From Diadema antillarum (lineage: Eukaryota), in NCBI RefSeq assembly GCF_040938485.1, contig NW_027271821.1, positions 124,001 to 188,000 on the forward strand: 64,000 bases of DNA. The letters run 5' to 3'. The first letter of the stretch is position 1; each line of letters opens with the position of its first letter. Positions 50,951-64,000 of the stretch are shown here, piece by piece. The notes under the pieces were generated by a model. The model made no database searches. It saw only the letters and a program-made list of their open reading frames with translations, and had not been told where the DNA came from. The translations under genes were made by a program, and so were the position numbers.

Positions 50951-53550
50951 AAATGCTTAGTATACGAATCTAAAGGGGACAAAGATGGGTTGTCTTATTT
51001 GTCCTGCTGCTTGTTCCAGAAGTCACATTATTCCTTCAAGATCGTGTTGAATAATGAATTTTAGAGGTGACACGTGTTATGATTGAAAATCTTGACATAT
51101 CACCAAAATGCCTAATGACGTATTTGTTTTTGTGTAAGTGAGTGATTGTGTATATGCTTAATACGATTGTTATGTAATGGCACGACAACACTGAGGTATC
51201 ATTGTAATTAGCGAATTGCTCGAGGGCTTTCTGTGACCTCTGCAATGATATTCCGAGATTCCATATCTAAGCTGTGGAAGCCAGCCATGCTTTATTTTGT
51301 TTTTGCTTGTTTGTTTTTGTTTTGTTTTGTTGTTTTTCTATGTATGTTATAGTCTCCTCAACACTAACACTCTTCTACCTGTTTATAACATTTCTGCGGT
51401 ATCAAAAGTTATACATTAGAATTGTGTAATGGTTCTTACAGGGAAAGAAGGTTGAAGGTATATAGGTACAATTATTGAAGTTAAGGGTGAGGTGGTCTTC
51501 AGGGTTTCATGGTCCAGTAAGTCGAAGTGTAATGCTTAGGAGGATGAATGCAGGTTTAGTAATTGAAGAAAACACATTTCAATAGACAGATTTAAGAGAC
51601 AGTTTATCAAAATTCCATTTATCTTGGTTTATAATAATGATATGATGAGATTGTAGAATGAGCGGGTACATGGATTTAGTGTCAACCATCACCCCTGATC
51701 ATACTGGTATAAGCTTTGAGTTTAGACATAATATAAAGAGAAGAATGATTGTGTGGTAAATAAATCATATTGGATGAATAAATGAAACACAATCATATCT
51801 TTATATGTGATAATGATGCGTTTTTTCGAAGAACTGTTAATTGAAACGGACAGACGGAAGTAAAGAAGAGGGAAGGGTTACGGGAAATAGAATATAAATT
51901 ATTACTTGTTAATTTTCTTGAAATGAATCTGAGAGATTATATGCCATAGCAAATATTCACATGCAAAGTCGAAGGAGAAGAAGAGTAGAGGCGTTTCCCG
52001 TCAAAAAGAAGTTCTCGGGACCGGCAGTTTCCTTCCGTTGTACAGAAATACAATTTACTGATAGTGTTGGGTCTGAATATTTACTTCGTTGTAACTTCAA
52101 CCATGCAGAAAGCGGGTGAAGAAAAACAAACAAACACAGAACTAAGTCATAAAGAGGACGGTCATGCGGTGTTCGATATAATGAAGACGGCAAGACCTCC
52201 GGCATGTGGATATCATGGTTTCATTGTGGAATTTTGTATCACGAATTGTGGAATTTGTGTATATCGATTTGGACAAGCATAGAGGTATAGTCAGTTGAAT
52301 CTTTCAATAAGACGCGAATAAAGGGAGCTTACAGCATCCCGGAAGTAAACTGTCGTAATAAAATCAAAAGAAAGTCTGTTTTCCTCCTTTGCACAATTAA
52401 CTGCTTGTTGCTTTAGTTATCGTGGTATATGTCACTTATCTTTTTTTTTTAAAGCTAAAGATTAACCAGGATGAATTTTAATGTGGAAATGAGAATTGAA
52501 GAATGCTGATCTGTTCATTTGTCCTTGTTTGCTTACTATTCACTCTGTATCAAATGATTCGCGGTTGGAAGTGGATTCAATAAAATGAAATACTCAATAA
52601 AAAGACAGCAGCTGCCTGTAAGATTTGTTTTTTCACTATAATGGAAATAACTTCAGTCTGGTAAATCTATATTACGCGTAGTCTGGGGTGCCTGGAAATT
52701 GCGTAATAATTTTAGATGACAAGAAAAAAAGCTAAAAGTCACACAGTGGTCTATATGTGACACCCATACATTATCTAAGACGACATTCATGGTATAGTGC
52801 ACTAACACGTCATGAATAACGTCACAGTGTAGCACATTTTTCTCCATCAGCAATTTGTTTTCAATATCATCAACATCATATATCATAACATCAATTTTAT
52901 GTTTAGTCATATGGTGCTATGTAGGCCTATCAATGAACAGGTTTTCATTGATGGGTTATATAATAACTTATTTTTGTACACTATTGCACATGTGCAAGAA
53001 AAGGTTAACGCATGCGCGTTTCACTCTCCTTTTCCCTTCTTTTTTATATCTACCCCAATGCTACAATCATCCAAAGGTGCAAGTAATGGCTCACGATGAT
53101 TATCTTCTGTAGCTTTAAGAACCCCGACGAAGAATATTATTATCGGCATTTCAAATGATCCATCCACCTTAACCCCTGGCCCCCACCTTGCAAGTATCCC
53201 AAGTATATGACATGGATTACAAGGAATTTCTTCTGTAGCTTTGATAACCACAACCAAGACGGATAATATCGAATGTTAAATATTAGGAAACCCTGTTCAT
53301 CTCCATCCCCACACCCCAATTATGGAAAACTGTTCATATTTGTCCTTCATCTCGAGTAGGTATGGGCTGCATTTGCATTTGTACTTTGAGCGGCTTTGCC
53401 GAGCCCGAGAATCGCCATATTTGGCTAGATCAACACTTCCGTCGTTGCCTCAAAAGATATTCACTTTTGTATGTTTACAAGGTGTCACGGCCCCTCGTTC
53501 CACATCTCTTCACTTTGTTGCCGACACGCCGCTCACTAAGGATAGGTACC

Positions 53551-56500
53551 ATGGTGCTAGAAATCTTCGGATATTCCATGTCTTTGACATGGCTTCTCGT
53601 CTTGACAATCGCCTTTCTTGTGGTCGTGTTTCTACTGTAAGTATAGGCTAATCAGTCAAGAACATGGGAATGATGTGTTCAAACGCCCTATCCTTTCAAT
53701 AGACCGTTCCCACATTGGTCCCCTTAAGCCCGCCGCACACTACACGATTTTGCCCCGATTCACCGGTCTTAAGACCTTAAGACTAGAAGTGTGACGTCAC
53801 AGTCTTGCCATTTTCTAGTCTTACGACTGGGTCTTAGCGCCAGTCGTAGAGATTTGACATGTTGAATCTCTACGACCAGTCGTGAGCTTTCAGCCATTCA
53901 CAATGCAGCAAAATGCAAACGCACACAGTGCGCACTGCGCGCGCTTTACAGTCGGGTCGTATAGTGTGCGGTGTCCGGTCGTACGACTGGTCTTAAGACC
54001 CAGCTTGGCTTAAGACTTTAAGACCAGTCGGATCGTGTAGTGTGCGGTGGCCTTTAGGCTACCTGGGGCCTACACTGCAACGTCTCTTTCATTCAGCGTC
54101 CCTTTATTGTGATGTGTGCTATGCTATACCTTATTGTGAAATGTTTGGTGGTGTAGACAATTGAGCATATACTGCATATCGATTGTCAGTCACACACGAT
54201 TAGATGACCGACTGTTACGCTTTAGTTTCATATATCAATTCACTGCTTACCATTATATTTCATATAGGCTGTCCGAGAGTGTCGTAAATAGGCATAATGA
54301 TTTTCACTACTGCAAGCCATAATGGTCAAACCAATGCCACCCGAGCGTTAATTACATTGTAGTAGTAGTATATAGCTCACGGAAGTAACGAATGCTGTAA
54401 GCCATAATATAGGTGTGTGGTGCATAATGATAAGAGCAAGCCTTGAACGCGTAGAATTTGTTGAAAATGATGGCTGGATTAGATATCTGCCTATAGTCTG
54501 CTGACATGAATGAGATAAAGGTGTATACATAGCGTATTACTTTTCTTGAGAAAATAAAAGTGATTTAACAGTTATGATTAAGACCGCATGTTCACAGGGA
54601 GTCTGCTAACCAAGATCCTGTAGTAAAGAGTGCAGCTGCAGTTTAAAAATAATATTTCCCATTCAACGTCAAACACGAGTAACAGGACGTTACTATGGTA
54701 ATCTCACATTCGGCAACACTGAATGATACCGGGCCAGGGAGGTCCATCCTAAACACGCACTCTCATGTTTTACTCCTACAAGTAAAGGCACAGGGATGTT
54801 TTGACTCGTTGGGACTAGCATCATGCTTACTTAGGTTTTATAGATATCGTCATAATTATGATGATGATGATAATGATAATAAGAATGATAATTATGATAA
54901 TAATAATAATGATAATAATAATGATAATAATGATAATAATAATAACATACTTTATCTAGGGTAGCCTCTTCAGTATTGACATTGTTGTACCAGAGGGCCT
55001 GCCATTATTACAAGTGTATAAATACCCTTCCAATGCCAGGTAGGCCTATATACCCACTTACACACCTGGGTCGAGAGGGACATGATAGGCAAAAACAGCT
55101 TGCCCGAGAACATAACTAGTATACTGAATTCGAACTCGGGTCACCCAACTGAAAGTCAGGTACCTTGTCCACTATAATAATGCCACAGTGTCCCCGAATT
55201 AAGGGTTTCTGCTATCAATCTAATCAATTTTAACACTTTCCGTTTGATTTCATCAGGTACGATACATGGTGCCACACCTACTGGCGACGGAAGGGCGTGG
55301 TCTACCATCCCGCACTACCCATTATTGGTAGTCTAGAGTTCAGCATGGTAATTATCAGAGAACATAATGGTATAAATCGAAAGTCAGCAATCAAGTGTCT
55401 GGTTGTTTGTTTGTTTTCTAGCATCCGCTATACTATCTATTCTATCTGTTATCATACGGGGCGTGATAGTATCGACTGAAACGTATACATGCATACTGTT
55501 GCACATTTTAATTGTATTTTTTCAGCTTCTCATTTTAAGAAGAAGCTTATCAGTTAGGGAAAAAAAAAGAAAATACAACGTAAATGTAGAATGAAATAGC
55601 CTGATTAGTCACAGTATAAGCGGATGCCCTGGTTACGCGGCATGTTTTGACATACGGCATTGAACCCACCTGTAAAGAGATCTAATGTTAAGAGGTACAA
55701 AGTCAAAGAAAATGAAACATGAATAACATCACTCCCAATATCATAATTTACTTATATAGCTACAAGTTACAAAAACTTTTTTTTTCTAAATTCACCACCC
55801 TTTGTTTCTTTTCCAGGGTGAAACAACCGGTCAGTTTAGTCGAATACTGAGCCATTTCATTTGTCAACTTGAGATGCATAATTCATGCCTGCATGTGGAA
55901 TATTTAAGGGTTTACGGTAACAGACTTCTAACCCACCAGTAGAAAAAGTTGATGGTTGGAAACCGAGCAGAAGTACCACTTTGTTATTTTCTTTGATATT
56001 TCCCTCTTGTTCATTCTCAGGGAGTTCCAGAAGTTTTCACCTTCTTAGCAAAGAAATATGGCCGAGTTTACGGGTATGTACTATTATTTGCCGTCCAATT
56101 ACTTGAACATAATCGTCGTAAGTATGATGAGATAATGCAAATAATGATATTCATGTTGATAATGATGATCATTTTGATAGCGGTAAGGTCGTCATGTGCA
56201 TTTGAAAGATATCATGGATATCATAATTTGGACATTGAATGGCTCAATCGTTGATTTTGGAGCTGATAATTTTATCTGTTAATTAAAGAGTAGAGGACAG
56301 TCATAAAGTCAGACAACTAACATTTTGCATGGACGATATAAGTGCCAAAGGTACACATGATAGTGAATGTTCAAACAATTAATACCACAAGCATAGTGTT
56401 GACTGACAATTGCTGAAATGGCAACACACGTTGTAAATAATTACGTCACAGCGTGTGATGCTGTATTGAGGTAATGGTTTTTTTTTTTTATTTGCAATGC

Positions 56501-59500
56501 CATATTAGTCCTGCGACCATTAACCCCTTTTCATATCACAGAATCTACGCCCCTCGAATACCCATGCTGGTGGTTGGAGATCCCGATATGCTTAGACTTA
56601 TCATGGTGAAAAACTTCAGCAATTTCCACAATAGACTGGTAAGAACGGATCAAAGCTTTCACACACGAATTCTCCGTAATGACTTCGTGAACGAGTTACT
56701 GGTCACTCACTGAGTATTGCATTGTTCCTTGCTTATTGTATTGTTCATACCTGTCATTGTTAAACCGTGTATATATGCGACTTAATAACAACATATATCA
56801 CGTATATCGTATATCACACTTATATCTGTTTACATAAGATGTTTGTTATATGAATCAGCATCAGCTATAATAGAGAAAAGAAAATTATGATCAGCGAGTA
56901 TTTTCTGAGACCAAATATTTATCAGTCACTCAGCCTACACATAAGAGTAGTATATGATTATGTCATCACCAACTGAGGCATTGGACACATCTCTGTGTTG
57001 ACAGGATTTTGCACTGAATAACAGAGAACTGCGACAGGCACTCCCCTCGCTTGAGGACGAACGATGGCGCGAGGTACGCAATCTACTCACCCCGACCTTC
57101 AGCGCAGCCAAGATGAGGCAGGTGAGATTCCTTTGGCCCTCCGCTACAGTTAAAAACACAGACACAGACACAGACACAGACACAGACACAGACACAGACA
57201 CAGACACAAACACAAACACCGACATCGACACCGACACAGACACAGACACAGACACAAACANNNNNNNNNNNNNNNNNNNNNNNNNNNNNNNNNNNNNNNN
57301 NNNNNNNNNNNNNNNNNNNNNNNNNNNNNNNNNNNNNNNNNNNNNNNNNNNNNNNNNNNNNNNNNNNNNNNNNNNNNNNNNNNNNNNNNNNNNNNNNNNN
57401 NNNNNNNNGTTTAATACTGATGTTTCTAAGCGCATCAATCCGGAAAAAGAAAAGAAAATATAACATAAAAGTAAAATACAGCATTATGTACATATTATGA
57501 TACAACGACAGCAACAACAACAACAACAGCATAATTAAGGTTGTGTAAACAGATAAGTTTTCAACATTTTCAGCATTACGAATATAAAGAGGGAGTTTCT
57601 TCCAAAGAAGTGGGGAAATAACAGAAAAGTCCCTATCACCAGAACGGGTGCAGATGCGGGGACCACATGATAACTGGCGAGTGGAGGAAGAACGGAGAGA
57701 ACGAGTTGAAGTGGAGGAGCGGAAGGAAATTAAGTCTTTAAGATAAGATGGGGCAAGATTATTGCATATCTTGTAAACAATGAGGAGGATTTTAAAGGTG
57801 ATACGTTGATGAATGGGGAGCCAGTGGAGGGATTGGAGAACTGGAGTAATGTGGTCAGATCTTTTTGTAAGGGTGACAAGCCTAGCAGCTGTACAGACAC
57901 AGACATGCACATACATAGACACAGGCACAGGTACACACAGAGACATACTAACATATGGATGTGTCCACACAGTGCCCTATCATACTCATCCATATAAGCA
58001 TATAAATTCGTAAATAGGCCAACATGTATGTAAATACAATTACGTAATAATTTCGCATCATCCAAGACTAAAAAGGGAGCACCTGATGAGGATGAACCTT
58101 CTAAGGACCACATCCCAGAAATACTTTGGGTATTTTCTGCAAATCAAAGAATGTAACACTAAAGTGAACATACCAGTAGCTCTCTGAAGACACTTTGTAA
58201 ATGCAGTCAACATCCTCTGAGTCGAATCTAAACAAACCGAAATCAATACTTTGTCTTACCAGAATTAAGACTTCTGCGATAGAATTAGCGTATGTTCATC
58301 ATGTTTACATCCATCCGAGTTAGAAATGTCTTCCACTTAGCTAATTATTTTTTCGACTTTTGCGAGGTCGACTTAAGCGAGACAAGACAAATCTGTGAAA
58401 TTAAATTCTGTCATGGCTGCTGCACCGTCACCAATGTGCACTGTCAACGAACAATAAACCATTTAATGTTGCTCAATCTTCTAACAAACAATACACAAAT
58501 AGAGAGGCATGAGCAAATAGCACCATGACAAGCATAATTCTGGGTAAATGGCACGAAAAAAGTTTAAACATGATTGTGTCAACGTTCTGAATTTCAAGAT
58601 GTCCAATTTGGTGAACAAGGCCGCTGACAAACTCATGGAGCACATTGGGTCTCAGCAGGAGAAAGACGGCTACATCGAGTGCAAAAGGTAATAATAACTG
58701 TCTGCATAGTGCAGGGACATGCTCCAAAAGGCCTGAATTTCCATCTCATCGGTTGAGAATAATAAGGGTGTTAAGTTGCCACAAAAGCCATAGTGTTCGC
58801 GGCACCTAAGAGTCTGTAGTTTTGACCAATGTCACAATGTCTTGAAAGCACATGAGAATTTAGAGTTTCGTTCGTTCTGTAGATAATATCTATATCATAA
58901 TGGTAACATAATGTCATACCCTAATTGTTCCGAAACTGAAAACCCATCTCAGAAATGTTACGGTATAATAGACTAGTATGCGATATTATATTTTAGAACT
59001 ATGGATTGAGGATTGTTTTCATTAATATTTGAAACAAGAATTATCATTTTGCAACGCCGCAGGTGATGATCATAAATTAAAAGATATATAAAAAGGAACC
59101 TATTTTTTATCTTAATGGGCATGAAAACAAGGCGTGAAATAAGCGGTACTCATTTATGTGAGAGTGGCACATATCTGAAAGATAACAACGAAACCTATTT
59201 AAGGCCAATCGTTATCAATTAGTAAAAAGATATCCCCCAAAATGTAAATTACTTCATTTATGCAGGCTCACAACAAAACATTGCAAATTACATGGCGATT
59301 GTAAGTGATATCCTTTTGTCTTTTAAGTCTGAGGATTGCATTGAAAACATTATCGGAATGCCAGCTTCGAATTACGTTAGTTTTGTTTAATTTCATGTCA
59401 TTTATTTATGTCTTCACGAGTAAAAAAAAAGAATGCAGACCAATACCTGACATTCAAAGGGGGTGCAATACATCTTGATCAAAAATCATTATACAACGAT

Positions 59501-61069
59501 AAAAACATGAAAATTCATTTCTTTGTCAAGTAACGAACAATACAAGATGAAATAAACTATGCTGCTTGTTTACAGTCCCAGATGATTAAGATAAACATCC
59601 TGTGAACATTCTCTCACCTTGTAATTTTGAGAAATTGTAAATTTGCGCTTTTCCAGTGGCAAGTCGATAACCATGAACTTTATTCCTTGATGCTGGTGCG
59701 ACAGTGTCTTCGGGTCGTTCGTGATGGACGTCATTGGAAGCTGTGCATTCGGCTTAGACGTGGATTCTCAGGCCAACCCCAATGACCCTTTCGTGGCCCA
59801 CGCCAGGCGAGCCTTCACCTTCGATACGAAAAGTCCTCTAGTCGCTCTCTCAAGTAAGATATCCTGTAGTAGAATTTTATCCGTCACGACCAAACCTTTC
59901 ACTCCTTTCTAATTGCTATGTATTTTTAGTATGTCTACCATATCCATGTACATGTATCCAGTATGTAGCTAAGTTTATTGCTGTATGTATGTGTGCATTC
60001 TATGTATGTATCGATGTAATGTGTATGCATGCAAACAAAACAAAATTTCCACAAGTGGACAATAAAGTAGAATTGAATTGAATTGAATTGAATTGAATTG
60101 AATTGAATTGAATTGAATTGAACTGAATTTAAATTGAATTGAATGGAATTAAATTGAACCTTGAAAGACGCAATCGACATCGCTTCACTGTGGCAATGAC
60201 AGATTAAGAACTAATTTGTAACAGAGTTATACAGTACAGTACTTACCTAGGATTATGACAGTAAGCATTAGTCAATTATTGAACCGTGCATGGTGCTGAT
60301 ATCAGATTTTTTCAGGTAATCATATCCTAAGAGTTTTAGCCTTCAACTTTTGACTGATCTGCTCATTGAGCATGCTGTTGCTTTCACTGAAAATAACGAG
60401 GATTGCATCGCATCGCAATTGACTGACAAATTGCCCCTCATCGACATAAATAACCGATGGATATTTAGTGTTTTGAGTTAATAGCCATAATTGAAATCAT
60501 GAGGGGTGGGATCCAATTAAAGTATGATAATGATGATAACAATTTTAATGATAATGATCATCACTAATAATGCTATACATGTACTACTACTACTACTACT
60601 ACTGATACTAATGATAATGATATAATAATGATAATAATAATAATAATGATAACACTGATGATTCCAATAATTTTGATAATGATAATAAAAGAGTAGAAGC
60701 ATGAATTTATTAAATGGCTAATTGGAATACAAGAGATCCACAATGCAGTTGATATGTTATCATACACAATGCACCATAAAGACTATTATAAACAGTGATA
60801 AACCATTTGCTACTTCTTTTTTGTTACTGATACATCCTTTCGTCTTGACCATTGGAAACATATATGATATGCTTTAATATACTTTGTAATTTGTTGAAAG
60901 TTTGGGCTCGACTCCGGCAAGCTTTTGGAGCTGTTCTGGGCAACTTTTGTCACGATGCTTGAGATTTGAAGACGTTATCGTAAAATCATACAAAATTATA
61001 ACATCTATATTCGTACGTAACTGATGGTATCCTGCGTCAATCATGCTCTCTCTTTCCCCACCCCCACCC

Positions 61070-61109
<40 letters not shown>

Positions 61110-64000
61110 ACACACACACACATCTGATATTCCTTATAATCTTCTCGTATTTCCCTCCACAGGTTTATTTCCTGCACTGGGAGAAATTTTCAACCTCCTA
61201 GGAATCGTGAGGTTCATTCCTAAGGACGTAGTGGCATTTTTCGCCGACATCACGAAGAAAACTGTGGCCCTTAGGAAGTCGGCCCCTCGAAGCGACAAAG
61301 GCAAGGTAGGTGAGGGTCACACAGACTCACTTCAGTTATTTTGTGTGTAATTATCTAGAGCTCTGTTCACCGTCCATATGAATGTAAATATAGATATAGA
61401 AAAGAGATTCATTAACCTTGTTTTTCGTTTGTATTTTCTCTTTTTAGAGGTATATATTAAAGGAATATATGGTTGTGCATTTTGTCATGTCCTGTCTCAG
61501 AGTATAGTTTGGTGTTATAAGTATAGTATTATTTTGTTATCATTATTTCCATTCGTATTGATGGTTGTTGCTGTTGCCGTTAAGACATCATTAACGTTTT
61601 GACCATGTAGTCTTTAAAGCATATAGGTTATTCGTAATCATTGTGCACCTGTTTTAAATGATTTTCTCAACGATATGGCATCAGTTTTAACTGGTGAAAT
61701 TGATACAAATTGAGGAATACGAAGGAGGCGGTGACATATTCCATCTCGTGAAAGTTATTTAGCTTTGCGTGTTGTCACAACAGTTCATACTGACGATCAC
61801 ACGAGATATGCCCCGATAATGTTAGTACGAAGATTATGTGATTGTTATCATACCCAGTATAATTGTGAATATGTTTTGTTTCTGAATTCAGCATGTGTAG
61901 CGATCGACGTATTTGTGCGACAGGTTGGATACCGTTATGCTACCTGCCCAGTGTACATAGTAAAACGTTACTGAAGTATAAATGAATAAACCAATTTGAA
62001 AAGAATGGCAGAAAATTGACTTTGTATGCATAATTCATCACTCTTATAGATTTCGGATCGTAGATATGATTCCAAGAAGAGTAAATGTTTCCTTTATCCC
62101 CTTTTGCTGGACAGTCGGTCGACTTTTTGCAGCTTATGATCGATGCACAATCTTCTGACAAGGGAAAAGTAACCGAAACGAAAGACGAAGGAGACAAGGA
62201 TGACATCCATGCCGATATCGAACGTCACCACGACGTCGACTTCCACACGAAGACTCTCTCGAAGAACGTTCAGCTCACAGACACGGAACTTGTCGGTCAG
62301 GTGGGTGTGTCCGTCACGTCAGGCGTGACGTCAGGCGCAGACAGTCTGCTCTGTCTGCTCAGTCGATTCTGGCGACAGACGTGAGCAGCGTCCTTACACA
62401 CACATACACACATACACAAACAAACCACCTTGAAAGTAGTAGAATCGGCATACACGTTGTTATGGCACGTCAAACAGTTATCGGGAGTATTCTACCGATA
62501 TCATCGGTGGGAAATAATTTTTGTCTTTTTAAATGAGTGTATTTCCTGTCAAGCTATTAGGACTACCTGTCTCTCACTGCATGGTAGTATACAAGGTGTT
62601 TGTTATGGTTAGGGCAAGGGGGTCTCGAGTAATTTGGCAAATGTGAATGTGGAAAACAGACAGAATGCAATTTATCGCTTCTTTGCTAATGACCCACTAT
62701 TTGATTGCAAGACCTTTCGACTATACCAATATTAGGAGCAACATTATACAAGGACAGATTGAAATGTATATAATGGGCGTCAATAGAGCCAATAAGAGTT
62801 TAAATATCAAACTTATATCAAATGTATACAAAAAATCATTCAATCATTGGTAGTCAAAGCAACATAGGCCCTAATGGGGATCCTCACTTCTTTGTACGAG
62901 AGTAGTCAGTTTAGCACACATTAAAGGGTACTGAACCGTTAGAATGATCAGGAAAAGAAAAATGCCATTCAGTTTGAATAACTTTTTCAGGCAATAATAT
63001 TCTTCACTGCTGGATACGAGACTACCAACACCTTGCTGGGGTTCGTCTTCTATCTCCTCTCCACTCATCTCGAGGTTCAAGAAAAGTTGATCGAGGAGGT
63101 CGATGAGATGACGCCCTCTCGTGACTCGGTAGGCTACACGTCCATAGCCACCATGCCTTACCTGGATCAGGTGGTGTGTGAGACTTTACGAATCTACCCT
63201 CCTGCTGCTGTGTAAGTACACCTGATTAAACCTAATTTGCTCTCACCTGGATCAGTTACGGCACCGACATACCTGGATAAAGTTATTATGCCCTCTTCGA
63301 CAGAATGTAAACCCAACCTCCCACCTGGGGATCCACCCCAAAAATAAATAAACTTCAAAAGAAAGAGAAAATATTCCCTGCAGAATGATAAAAATGACAA
63401 AAATTAGAAAAGAAATAAGGAAGATATGATATTTTGAAATTTTACCCGTAAAAAACTGGTGTAAAAGTCGATGACCGGGGTTGAGGAGTACTAGAACAGT
63501 TTCTTTTGTCGAACTCTTTTTGCCAATGAAATGTCAAAATATGCATATCATGGAAATGTTTTCCATGAAGAAATAACAGCGTTTACAAATTAACCGAGCA
63601 TATTCATTTCATACACGTTATTCGTATATTTGGTATATTTGTGCATTTATTGTTTTGGTGATAAGCGCAATATTTAACGCTTGTATACCGCCTCCTCTGT
63701 ATCAATAAAAAAAAGCATCGGCATCACGCACCCACGTTCAGCATAGACTGGCATTTATTACAATTTGTCCCAGGTAAATTCTTAGTACGCCTGCTCTATT
63801 CCGCCTTAATTGCCATAATATCATGACATTTCTAATCTGTACTGGTGTTCATGTATGCGTGTGTGATTCCATCATTGCATGATGTACTACAGGATCAATC
63901 GGCGGTGCACCGAAAGTTTTACCTATAACGGAATGACGATCGAACCAGGCGTGGTTATCTTCATTCCTGTCTACAACATACACCACGACGAGAAGTACTG
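53551..64000 (+). CDS. Cytochrome P450, clan 3 (CYP3/CYP5-like), microsomal; 11 exons seen, 3' end beyond the window
   Basis: Exons 53551-53636, 55257-55347, 56021-56073, 56542-56638, 57005-57121, 58599-58687, 59705-59853, 61163-61305, 62115-62300, 62991-63211, 63893-64000(+), all joining in frame. N-terminal TM anchor, WREVR (WxxxR), TPTFSAAKM, MDVIGSCAFG, I-helix AGYETT, K-helix ETLR. The heme Cys motif is not inside the window. Confidence 0.95.
53724..54056. mobile_element. PIF/Harbinger-type MITE in CYP intron 1
   Basis: TTAAGCCCGCCGCACACTACACGAT ... ATCGTGTAGTGTGCGGTGGCCTTTA, with a central dyad GTCGTAGAGATT..ACATGT..AATCTCTACGAC. Confidence 0.85.
54950..55186 (-). mobile_element. tRNA-derived SINE in CYP intron 1, followed by an AT-rich triplet-repeat tail (about 54855-54945)
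   Basis: The minus-strand head GTGGCATTATTATAGTGGACAAGG..GAGTTCGAATTC carries A- and B-box-like motifs. The body contains ACACCTGGGTCGAGAGGGAC (plus strand), a core typical of marine-invertebrate SINEs. Confidence 0.6.
57156..57260. repeat. (GACACA)n hexamer repeat running into the assembly gap
   Basis: Direct reading. Confidence 0.97.
57261..57408. other. Assembly gap (N run)
   Basis: 148 consecutive N. Confidence 0.99.
57550..57892 (-). mobile_element. 5'-truncated non-LTR retrotransposon (L2/CR1-group) ORF2 C-terminus in CYP intron 5
   Basis: Minus-strand frame AARLVTLTKRSDHITPVLQSLHWLPIHQRITFKILLIVYKICNNLAPSYLKDLI..RSLRS..SGDRDFSVISPLLWKKLPLYIRNAE, a classic L2-clade RT tail. Confidence 0.9.
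60070..60160. repeat. (AATTG)n pentamer repeat in CYP intron 7
   Basis: Ten perfect units, then degenerate. Related ATTTC/AAATC runs occur at about 36590-36617, 45203-45240 and 45640-45660. Confidence 0.95.

Noticed and set aside
57083-57970. 295-aa ORF as a host gene
   Set aside because: It is a composite of a LINE fragment, microsatellites and the N gap.

Overview
AT-rich animal genomic DNA, probably an echinoderm such as a sea urchin (inferred from intron architecture and repeat types). It has one scaffold gap (148 N, 57261-57408). Five protein-coding loci were reconstructed by hand, exon by exon. (1) DHODH: minus strand, 9 exons, 393 aa. (2) An intronless purple acid phosphatase (ACP5/TRAP-like), plus strand, head-to-head with DHODH. 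(3, 4) Two tandem 9-exon peroxisomal 2-hydroxy-acid oxidase (HAO) paralogs. Copy A carries a +1 frameshift in an A5 run, and the pair shows exon-restricted near-identity suggestive of gene conversion. (5) A clan-3 cytochrome P450 with a thromboxane-synthase-like exon layout, truncated by the window end. Intergenic and intronic DNA holds about 20 non-autonomous transposon relics, a nested segmental duplication at 25.7-30.9 kb with a conserved hairpin, and many microsatellites. No rRNA, bona fide tRNA or CRISPR array was seen. Positions 1-5900 are unresolved. No clearly new biological system is demonstrated. The strongest leads are the HAO pair (frameshift, conversion, remodelled active site), the ACP5 retrogene/bidirectional promoter and the CYP5-like monooxygenase.
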